From Magallana gigas (Eukaryota): DNA of 64,000 nucleotides. Numbering within the stretch: the stretch's first letter is position 1; every line of letters starts with the position of its first letter. Location of the stretch: contig NC_088855.1 in the NCBI RefSeq assembly GCF_963853765.1, positions 43,028,001 through 43,092,000 of the forward strand, written 5' to 3'. The translations under genes were made by a program, and so were the position numbers. The notes beneath the pieces were generated by a model, which worked only from the letters and a program-made list of their open reading frames with translations, ran no database searches and had not been told where the DNA came from. Shown piece by piece: positions 12,401 through 22,136 of the stretch.

Positions 12401-13990
12401 GAGAGATATGTTGATATCGAATTATACAGACTTTTCAACAGGTTTTGCTTTATACAAATAGTTCTTTAAGAAAGCCACAAAGTTCCTTATATTATTTACA
12501 AAGATCTAATTAATTTTCCCTGACTTTTAAGCCTACCATGAAATTAAGTTCTGTATTCTTTCAAAAATACATGTATTAGACGTTTCCTACCTAAATGTTG
12601 AATTCTGCTGATTGCCTCATCATGGATACACAGCAAGGCCTTCAGTTGTTTGGCATTCTCCATTGTGTCCATGTGTGTGTGGGAGAGTTCCAGTTTGTCT
12701 GAGGGTAGGGTAGTGTGTTCACCTCAGGGTTGGGACCAAGACTGAGCCATCCTGAAGTGTGTTCCATTATAAGTAGTCCTGAACCCGGCTTCACTCACTT
12801 CCAAGCACTGCTTAAGAGTTAAAATACTGCACTGATAGAGATCTAATCCAAGGGACTTAATTTAAATTCAGGGTAAAGGGGGAGTAATAAATGGAGTTAT
12901 TTATTCCATGTGAAGGACCCATGTGAAGATATGACAAAAGAAGAAATCAGAATTGTTTTTGGGATTTGTATAAAAGCACTCAAAATAAATAGCAATTTTG
13001 ATAGGCTTTGTATAGGGGCTATTTACCTCCTGAAGTTAATTACTGCAATTATCACCACATTGAGTTTCTTAGAATAGGGGTCATTTGTGTGGGATTTACA
13101 GGTAAGATGTTTGTTCACCTGTTGAGTGCTGTAATCACACAGTCGGGGATCAACAGGTAAACAAAGGGCCAGGTTAACAGGTGAAGCAACATCCATTGTC
13201 TTGGGGGAGTGCTAGGCTTTGTTTTGAGCGTGGAGACAACTGTGTATTGTTTGTCTGCCCCATTTCCAGCTCTGTTCAATTAGGGCTGTTGCAGGTATTC
13301 AAGGGGCTCTGAAAGTGCAATAAATTAATTTTCACACTATGGTTAGAAATAAAAATTAAGAATATTCAGACCAAATGACAGTAATTGAATTTCTTGACAT
13401 CTGACTATTATTTTTAAGCTGCATGTATTTGATTTCTGAAATAATTGAATTTATTTATATTGATTTCAATTAAATATTTGATGTAATGAAAGTTCTAGTA
13501 ACCTTAAAAGTATGAAATTATACTGGCATGCAACCATGCATGTTCTAGCTGAGTACCATTTTCACCTATGCAGTTTAAAACACATAAAATTATATACAAG
13601 AAATGATGTAACAATGCACTGGCGAGAAGTAGTCGCAAACCAGTATCATAATTATATTAAAAAAAAGTTGAACTAGCTTAGGATATAGAGTTGAGGTTGA
13701 TTGGGATACTTACTGGTGAAGATCATGGAAGGTGGTTTTTCCAGGGCACTAATTTACTTACATTTAACCAGTTCTCCCTAACCTAACATATTTAGGAGTG
13801 TTAATTGAAATTTTTTTTATACCACTGCATCAAATTGTGGTGTTTTTCTTACTTAATTGGTGGACTTTTTTTTAGTGCATTGCAAGTGGAGTGCGATACT
13901 GTGAAAATTTATGCAAGGAGAACCGAAAGAAGAAGACATTCCTGCTGGAACAAGGAGTTGTGGTTATTCTGAAAAGGTAGGTTATGGTTC

Positions 13991-14021
<31 letters not shown>

Positions 14022-17000
14022 TCAACACCTCCATCCTGCAGGAAAAAAAACCAAAATAGAAAAAAAAACCAAGAAGTTTTATTTTTTTTTAAATGTATGC
14101 ATATCATTTTATTTTACTTGATGCAATAATTCAAGGTTTATTTTTAATCCTCAAAGGACATTGTATCAAACTTAAGGATTTATTGCAACGATTTTTAAAT
14201 GTCAAAAAAGTTATTTAATTAATCCAATAATTGACAAACAAGGTCATGATTTACACCAAAGTCTTGAAGCACATATACATAAAAAACTGTATTTGTATGG
14301 TTTTATTGTTGGATGATTGAAAATGAACATGACATTTTGTGTGTTAGGGCCATTAAGCAAGAGAGGTTGAGTGTGGAGACGTGCAGGAGATGTGAGTGGC
14401 TGATGAACCACCTGGTGGTGCAGGTCCCCATCTCCCGGGCCCTCAACAACCAGCCCATCCACCCACGCAGGTCAGGGGCCCCGCACCAAAGGTAGGTCAC
14501 CACCACTAGACTGGGAGGGGGATTATTGGTGAAGTCACTATCACTAGACTGGGAGGGGGTGATAGTGAAACCTGTACCTGCCTACAAAATCAAACATTGT
14601 AATATCATCGATATCAGTGCATGGTAACACATGCATACAGGAAAGGGTTTTCATTATAGAAGAAGTAGTTTTCATTATTTGTGAATTATGGTTGATGAGA
14701 AACACTGATAAAAAGAAAGGGTCTTCATTTTATAAAATGGGTTTAAAAAGGTCTTGTATTCTTTTTCTTGTTCAACTCATTTGACAAAGATAGATGTTTG
14801 TTGACCATTTCATAGGTTGGTTCCAAACATAAATTGGATCCAGAACAAACGCAATGTCATCCTGGAGATTCAAGTGCCGCGAGCAAGAGACGCTCCTGTA
14901 AAACTCACTCCTAACAGTTTCATGTTCAGGTAAGGAAGATATGAAGATGTCAATTGATTTTACAGCTATTACAAAAATATTGAATGTCTTATTTATAATG
15001 ATTTCTTACTGCATTTCTTTGAATTTTTTTGTATATGTTTTATAGAACTGTTGTGGAAGATACTTTATACGAGGCAATGTATGAACTATATAGTAAAATT
15101 GTCCCAAGTGGTTGTTATGTGTCGGTTAATCGGTCAGAGGTTCAAGTCAAGTTGAAGAAAGAGGAGCCAGGGACTTGGCCACGCCTCCTCAAAGAGAAGA
15201 CAAAGGTACGTGTACATGTACTGACATTCTGTTTATTATATGAACCAATGTATGCATTTTTGAATCAGAATGTCATTTAATTAAGAAATGAAATTTTACA
15301 TGGCCTGCATTGGTCACAAGTTTCAGTATATAGGAAATGTCAAAGCATATATATACCCCCACTCCGAAGGATACTGTTTTACCCTTGTGTGTCTGTCTGT
15401 CCTTCTGTCTGTCTGTCCGTCCGTAACAAAAATTTCTGTCATATTTTTCTCAGCAACTGTTTATTGCAGATGCTTGAAATTTTAAAACACTATTTGTTTA
15501 GGCATGCCATATTGTGGTATATATTTTTGTACCAATTGGATGTCAACTTCATATGAAATGACTACTTTATTTATTTTTAGCCTAAATTTATAAACAAATT
15601 TCCGTGGAAGATTTCTCAGCATTTTTAGCCTAAATTTTCAAACAAATTTCCATAGAAGATTTCTCAGCAACTATTTATTGCAGATGCTTGAAATTTTAAC
15701 ACACTATTTGTTAAGGCATGCCATATTGTGGGATATATTTTTGTACCAAATCGGATGCCAACTTACTGTTAAATGTCGAATTTGCTTATTTTGATATTCA
15801 CATCGGAGCAGGGGTATCACTAGTGAGCATCGGCTCACAGATATCTTGTTTTTTTTAGGCCAAATGATCTTAATGTATCAATGACATCCAAATAAGTTTT
15901 GTTTGAGAAAGAGCAGATTATCTATCACCCAATCATTTAAATTTTTATATGTATATAAATATTACTGTATTTAGGCGAGAGAAATTTAATTTTTAGTTTT
16001 ACGGATTTTGTTGTAAAATATTTGGGTCGGAGGAGGAAAAAAAAAAAAATGGGCAACCTTTTATTAATCAAAATTACATATTATTTGCTTGAACTTATAA
16101 TATTAAGTTTAATTTGTCCACTATCCACTGTGTACTTTGTGTTTGTTTCAAGATCATTGATATCAACCTTACTAAACTTGTTCAGGATAACATTTTCTTT
16201 GCTTTTCATAAAAACTTTTAAGCCAAACCATGCATGGCTGATCTCCATCTTAAATACTCAATGTTATAGAGACGCTTACACTTGATTTTAAAAGCTCCCT
16301 TTGTCAAACGTTTTGCAGATTTCAAATAAAATAAAGTAATTTTAAAACCAAGATCAGTCAAACTTGAAAATTCCGGAAACATTTCCGAAGATACGAATTT
16401 TTTTTCATTATTTTTTTTTTTTACAAAATCGAAAAAATTGGGTCGGCGGATCCGTAAAACTAAAAATTAAATTTCTCTCGCCTTAATTGTAGTTGAGTAG
16501 TACATGCATTTTACATATATACATGTAGTCAGTATATTTTCACACAATTTCAGTTTCTTATCGTTGCACTTAATTCATTTGGATGTTTTTCTGTTGTTTT
16601 AGTTTCCCAATATCAGAATAAACTATGACAAGTTTGCTGGCAGCTCATCAGAGGAAGATGTCTCAGATGAAGACAATCCATTTGTTCTAAAGAAAAGTAA
16701 GGGCAGACAGCAGTGTAACGTTAAATAAGAAGAATAAAGAAACATAATTTATTTTCACCTTGATATAACCTTTGCTTTTTTCATGACCACTTTCACATCA
16801 CAAAAATACAATATGCAAACTTTATATCTAGCATTATTTGCCAGTAGAATCTTTTTAAATAGCAAAAATGACTGACACCTATAAAGAAAGTCAGACATTT
16901 ACCCCATTTTCTCAAATTTTGTAACAATAGTTTTTGTTAATATATTAGTATTTTATAACCTTTGGAAACTTGGTTCAACTTGGTTAAATCACATTTTCAC

Positions 17001-17190
17001 ATAAACAGAAAAAATAAAGAAATTCCCTAAAGACATGAAGAAGCCTAAAGGGGCAGCTGTAGATGTTAAATACCAAGAGAGTGAAGAAGAGAGTGAAGAG
17101 GAGGAAGATAGTGAAGAGGCAGCGATGGGCTTCAGGACATCACTAGTGGATGACTATGACCCTTATGATGTGTTTGGAATGATGTCATGA
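3440..17190 (+). CDS. 3' part (391 aa) of a protein with an ARM/HEAT-like helical region, a C-terminal CS (p23/HSP20-like) domain and an acidic tail; TDRD12-like is one candidate
   Basis: Exons 3440-3507, 5880-5955, 6169-6221, 9522-9647, 11312-11390, 13876-13976, 14348-14470, 14816-14929, 15046-15205, 16603-16696, 17009-17190. All are GT-AG and phase-compatible (1176 nt, stop TGA 17188-17190). CS signature: PNINWIQNKRNVILEIQV...VQVKLKKEEPGTWPRLLKEK...NIRINYDKF. Upstream exons lie before the window. Confidence 0.85.
4373..4432 (+). mobile_element. Possible minimal (60 bp) Helitron-like element
   Basis: Starts TCTATATAAAAG, contains the hairpin GGCCG-TTC-CGGCC, then 7 nt, then CTAG followed by T. 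Confidence 0.4.
4449..5080. repeat. Element with inverted subterminal motif arrays (CACCATG(C/G)ATCGGACA)
   Basis: Three forward copies (about 4449, 4631, 4653) and two reverse-complement copies (about 5037, 5062). True termini were not identified. Confidence 0.55.
8979..9028. repeat. 21-bp tandem repeat (CTCATCATAGCTCATCGCTTC, about 2.4 copies)
   Basis: Exact tandem duplication visible in the sequence. Confidence 0.9.
9773..10355. mobile_element. TA-flanked Tc1/mariner(pogo)-type MITE
   Basis: TA|CCGTATTTTTCCGACGATTAGTCG ... CGACATTCGTCGGGAAAATACAG|TA: imperfect TIR of about 23 bp with a TA duplication. Confidence 0.8.
10633..11047. mobile_element. TTAA-flanked Kolobok-type MITE (415 bp)
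   Basis: TTAA|AGCTGAACACCGCTCGTAAATAGGCAC ... GTGCCTATTTACGAGCGGTGTTCAGCT|TTAA: perfect 27-bp TIR. A second copy lies at 44077-44501 in the opposite orientation. Confidence 0.9.
11719..12672 (-). CDS. Nested antisense two-exon orphan gene (125 aa, MDTMENAKQLKALLCIHDEA...QMYRSQ)
   Basis: Exon 1 is 12672-12591 (donor G|GTAGGA) and exon 2 is 12014-11719 (acceptor TTTAATTCAG). Phase 1 matches and gives 378 nt with no internal stop. GC content is raised relative to the flanks. AATAAA on - at 11469-11464. Confidence 0.72.
12740..12771 (-). promoter_or_regulatory. TATA-like box + initiator of the nested gene
   Basis: On -: TATAAT at 12771-12766 and TCAGTC (Inr consensus) with its A at 12743. Spacing is 28 nt, about 70 nt upstream of the ATG. 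Confidence 0.5.
15352..15850 (+). mobile_element. Helentron/Pearl(HINE)-type non-autonomous element
   Basis: 5' TATACCCC hairpin region, then a (TCTG/CCGT)n microsatellite, an internal 166-bp unit repeated with a 48-bp sub-duplication (15573 and 15621), and a 3' end ...GAGCATCGGCTCACAGATATCTTGTT. Confidence 0.75.
15974..16482. mobile_element. Kolobok-type MITE with a 33-bp perfect TIR
   Basis: GGCGAGAGAAATTTAATTTTTAGTTTTACGGAT ... ATCCGTAAAACTAAAAATTAAATTTCTCTCGCC|TTAA. The left flank is TTTA (one mismatch to TTAA). Confidence 0.85.
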
Positions 17191-17668
17191 TGTTAGCTGT
17201 GATCGACTTATCGTGCCAGTATTTTAGAGATGCAGTAAGCAAAATTAAAGGCTTCCACATGTTTATCAGTGTAAAGGGTAAAAATTTTGGCAGATTTCTT
17301 GGTCTGCTCATACTAATGTGTTCAATTTAGAAGACTAATTAGATTGTCAATTACATGCTTATTGTTGAACTTTCACAATTGTCCATTAATATATAGTTTG
17401 ATATATATTGCTTACATGCATCACATCATCAATACTTGTTAACCATTGTTATAGGACAAACAGCATACCACGAAACGCAGGGAAATTAATATCAGTAACA
17501 GCTGATAAACAAACAGAACAGAATTTATAAGCATTTATGTGGTTAAAAACTCTTATTTGTTATTTGAAATACTTTATTGTTTCAAGTTTTCTGACAATCT
17601 TTTGGCCAAGTAGCCTTGTTTTATTGAATATGTAAATCATGAAGAATGATCTGATTTTTAAAGATAGT

Positions 17669-17677
17669 TTTCGGGTT

Positions 17678-17708
<31 letters not shown>

Positions 17709-18538
17709 CCTTTTTGTCTGTCGGTTGTCGTTCATCTGTCGCAAACTTATGAGTATTTTAGGTTATTCTCATAAAATACGAGGCCAGTCTTAACCAACAA
17801 AAATTGAAAAATTAATGATTCTTAACATCATGGCCATAAATAATTGGAAGAACTGGGAAAATTGATTCAGATTTTTGAAATTCTCTTCTTTATTTCTTGG
17901 CATATAGCAGACTAAATAAGATGTTGAGTTAGTAAAAATCTGTACAAATCATGGCCCAAGGGGCAGGGGTTTGGTGGGGCCACAATGCGGGGTCAAATTT
18001 TTGCCTAGGAATATATTGAGAAAATCTTTAAAAATCTTCTCAAAAACCATTTGCCCAAAAAGCTTAAACTTGGTTGTAAGCATTATCAGGTAGTGTAGAT
18101 TCAAGTTTGTTCAAATCATGATGGGGCCACATATGGGGGGGGGGGGGTGTTAAATTTTTGACATAGAGAAAAATCTTCTGGAAAAGCATTCAGTCCATAA
18201 AGCAGAAACATGTGTGAAAGCACAGGTTTTGCAGATTAAAGTTTTATAAAATCATGATTCCCTAGAGAAAAGTGGGGCCACAAAGTGGGGGGGGGGGGTG
18301 ATTTTTATATAGGAATAGAGAAAAACTTTCTTACAAATGCTAAAACAACAAAAGGGGCTGGGTATTTACCATAAAAGTATGTAGATAAAAATCGGCAGAA
18401 TTTTTTTGAAACTTTTTGAGCCAGATCTACTGTACTTAGTTGTCAAGATATTTTGATTTTGATACTGTTATGTTGATTTAATCAGAGTTATGGCTATTGT
18501 TGCTCAGGTGAGTGATGTGTCTCCCGGGCCTCTTGTTT
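17669..18538 (+). mobile_element. Helentron/Pearl-type element with degenerate internal tandem repeats
   Basis: 5' ACCTGAGTCACTCAGGTGAC hairpin plus a short microsatellite, repeated 'aaatcatg...ggggccac...ggggg' units, and a 3' end GCTCAGGTGAGTGATGTGTCTCCCGGGCCTCTTGTTT. A second 3'-end fragment lies at about 18870-18908. Confidence 0.8.
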
Positions 18539-19352
18539 AAGGTTAGAAGACACATTCCTCAATTTCAGATAACTTTTTCCAGGAATTTGTTAATGGTTTA
18601 CTACTACTTTGACAAGCTTTCTTGCCAAAAATTAGGGTACCTTACCAGGCATTTCTGCAAAATACTAGAGTATGCAATATCCTATACAATCTTCTTGAAA
18701 ATACACTTGAATTGCTGATATACATGTAAAAATAAATACATCTACAGCACAGCGAAATTTACTATATTAGAACAATATCTCCGCCGGGGCGGGGCTTTGA
18801 ACTCACGTTCTCTAGAACCTATACGCTTTTGGCAGGAACGTGTCGTCTGACCTAAAAATGGCTTTATTATACTCAGGTGACCGTTAAAGCCCACGCGCCT
18901 CTTGTTTTAATGGCAAATGATATATATTTTTTTACTTTTGAACTGTTTATACTTTTGTAGTTACAACTGTTTATTATACGATATACAGAATGTATATTAA
19001 ATTTTAACATCAACATTTGATTTTGTTATTTTTTGAATACCCTAAGCATCATTGTCCCACACTACGGTTAAAATGTACAGTAGACCATCATCTCGATTCC
19101 TGTCGTAGTTGTTTGAGAAAACTAGTGCGATGTAAGCTTTGTTGAAGGTTGAGGTTGATAATTCGATCGCAGTTGAGTTCATTTTTAATGCACATTATTC
19201 AAAATGGGTTCTTGATGTGATCAATTAGCTAAGGATAGGAGAGAGTAATGCGGACTCCGGGCCGTATCATTGGACGACGAGCATGCACAAAGCCAGGTCC
19301 AAAGTGTTGGAACTTCAAATATCCGAGGTAGCATAACATACCCTTGTCTTAC

Positions 19353-19690
19353 GGTGGCTCGCTACACCTTGAAATATTTTCTCAAATCAGCAGAGTATTA
19401 CTTGATTATGATAGATATCATAATGGATAAGAAGTATTTAAGTCAAATAGGTAAAAAATGTGCACCTTTCGATGAAAAATTACATTTTCGAAAATTTAAT
19501 TCAGTAAACATTAACAAAAGCTCCAGGCCAATTCGAACTCATGATCTGCGGTTCAGAAGCCCAATACTTTAACCACTGAGCTACGACGAATCACGATATA
19601 CAACCCAATCGAACGATATAAACAGTTTAACAAAACATTTAAATTGCAATCTTGTGTCTTAAAAAGTATGTCTTGGTGTAGTGAAGTACC
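19353..19690. mobile_element. TTAA-type MITE carrying an internal tRNA-like cassette (- strand, about 19519-19585)
   Basis: Imperfect TIR GGTGGCTCGCTACACC / GGTGTAGTGAAGTACC|TTAA. The internal minus-strand sequence reads GTAGCTCAGTGGTTAAAG (A box) ... GAGTTCGAATTGGCC (B box). Confidence 0.65.
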
Positions 19691-21154
19691 TTAAAAAGGC
19701 ATGGTTATAATGGCTGAACAGTTTGGTGATAATAAACCTTCAAACGTTAAAGCTGACGTAAATTAATAAAATTATTTGGTTGCCATATTAGTTTCGATAG
19801 CTCCTCAACTATCACTGGAGTATTTATACGGGTCGAGAAAGTTACTTACTGTTGGTTGCTTTCCAGTCGAGGCATTCAGGTTGCATGTACTTTTTCATGC
19901 ATGGACTACACTGTATAAATATTTTTTGAATAAAAAAGGAAATAATAGAAGCAACAATCAATAAAATTCAACTGTATTTTTTGGAAGAATATCCAAGGAA
20001 TCCGCATTATTTTGCACTGCTTGTGCTACCTTATTTCACGTGCACATCGAACACGTCCCGTTCATGCAGGATGCTTATCGTCTGCATCATACAGGGTGTC
20101 CCAGAATATCTGATACCATTTAAAATTCATATAAATTTTGTAATGTTTGACTAAAACATATAAATTGTGACTCCAAAAAAGTAAAATTGTTTAATATTTT
20201 CCCACAAAAACGTCTGGGAGAAAAACGTGCTTTTTATAGAATTACGATGTCACAGAATTGCATCATATTTCTTTGGTTGCATTGAATTTATTTCAAGATG
20301 AATCTGACAAGAGAACAGGCATCTTCTGTTTTAAAGGTGTATTTTCAAACACAGACTCCATATATGGTTGTACAAATTATAAAATAAGAATACCCTGGAG
20401 AAAAAACAACTCAACAGACAAAATTTTCTCTATATAGTGAGACGATTTTTGAAAACCGGATCCGTACAGTGGTCGTTGCGAGGAATTTTACTCATCCTAT
20501 TGACGTTGTCATTGATGGAGGGACGTCATTTTGACGCGCTCTCTTTTTTGTTGTGTTTTTAAAATCAATGCCCAATTTGTGAAAAACTTAAGAATGTTCG
20601 TGAAATTTGTTGACTGAAAATTTACATCATATACAGTTATGGAAATGTCTTTCATTTTCTGTAAAATTAATTTCATCAGAAGTTATTTAAAGATTAAATG
20701 GTATCAGATATTATTGGATACTCTGTACTCTAAACCTCGCCCTTACTACATGTTGGATAGGAAGTCCAAGAAAGTAACAAGTGTTGTTTATAGACGCCAC
20801 GTTTATGGAGTCTTCGCTGTCACTGCACAATCGACCACAGTGAGTAATTTGTGATGATAAAAGTGAGTATTAAACAAAATTAAACATATCATACGAAAAA
20901 AATGCATTTCAAACAATAAAAGTTATCATGCGTACAGATATATTTTTGTCTTTTGAATAAAGACAACGAAGTGATTATTTTGGCTTGAATTGCAGACGAT
21001 GGTGAATGTGTTATGACATTAACGGTATTTATCTACCATGGGAAAAATTACTGTTCGGTCAGCTCCCTTTTTTTAAAATACCACTGTACATAATTTACAG
21101 CAAAGCCTAAATCTCCCTTTTCGTTCTTTTACGTTTACTTCAGTTTGCTGAATA

Positions 21155-21335
21155 CTGTATACTGGTTCATTTTCGCCATTATACACTTGCAAATGGCTTC
21201 GCCCAAATACAGTTGGGCTAAAAGAGCTTTAATTAAATTGAGACATTGGAGTTCGCCCAGTCTTAAATTCGTCCACTGTCAACGAGGGCGAAAGGGATGA
21301 AAAGAAAACGCGGCGACATTCTTCCTGTTTTACAC
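21155..21335. mobile_element. TA-flanked MITE, same family as 61752-62362
   Basis: TA|CTGTATACTGG...CCTGTTTTACACA|TA. The internal GTTCGCCCAGTCTTAAATT...CAACGAGGGC matches the reverse complement of the sequence at about 61780-61820. Confidence 0.6.
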
Positions 21336-22136
21336 ATATCATTTTTTTGTAAAATGTGTAGAGTGTCGATAATAAATAATATTGATGTACCTTCTTAACG
21401 AACTTTGAAAAAAATATTTACACAAAGTGCGTAACTTTTACAAAGTATGTTGCCACCTAACTGTTATAAACAGTTCTACATTATATTCAGTTCATTCAGG
21501 AGGCAAAACAAACAAAATGTGTATCAAAACAAATCTAAGTAAAATAAACATAAAACAAAAATATAATTGAATTTACATATTATATTTGAAGAAATCATTT
21601 TGACAGTTTTTTCACAGTTTGTGAAGGCAGCCGACAGCTTTAATTTCCTTTTTTGCTCAACTGAGAAACAATAACCAAAAAATCTAATCAAATCAGCTTT
21701 ATTAGACAAACAATAATAACGTGGACTTTATAGAAATGTAGAATATTTAAGTACTTCAAAAGTTTTTTGATATATTCGGTTAAAATTGACAAAGATTAAT
21801 AGATAATCTTCGGTAAAATCACAAATGTCTTAATTATGTGAAATGGCTCTTACATCCAAGTAACATCGCGATCGCTATTTTATGCAAAGTAACTTCCAAA
21901 ATCCTTTATGAATTCAAAGAAAGACATGAGATATGAAAATATAGGCAATCTCAATAACTTTTGACAAAGAAATGTATCGGAAATATTGTCATTGCACCGA
22001 CGAGAAACAAAGTCAGACAGGCGAGGTTCATTTCGCATCCAGATCCATCCGCATCCCCTAAGATACAATCACTGCTTTATTGATAACCCCAAAGAATACT
22101 AGTAATAATCAAAACATATAGTCAATGCACAAATCT

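Noticed and set aside
13995-14021. Long poly-C tract and many other poly-G/C runs as G-quadruplex regulators
   Set aside because: Simple homopolymers, mostly internal to common MITEs. Nothing specific supports a function.
19519-19585. Possible tRNA genes (also about 36309-36375, 46162-46238, 49170-49290)
   Set aside because: A/B boxes are present but acceptor and anticodon stems do not pair properly, and all lie within repeat contexts.
20092-20400. Tc1-like left end TA|CAGGGTGTCCCAGAA
   Set aside because: No convincing matching right TIR or transposase; a truncated relic with undefined boundaries.
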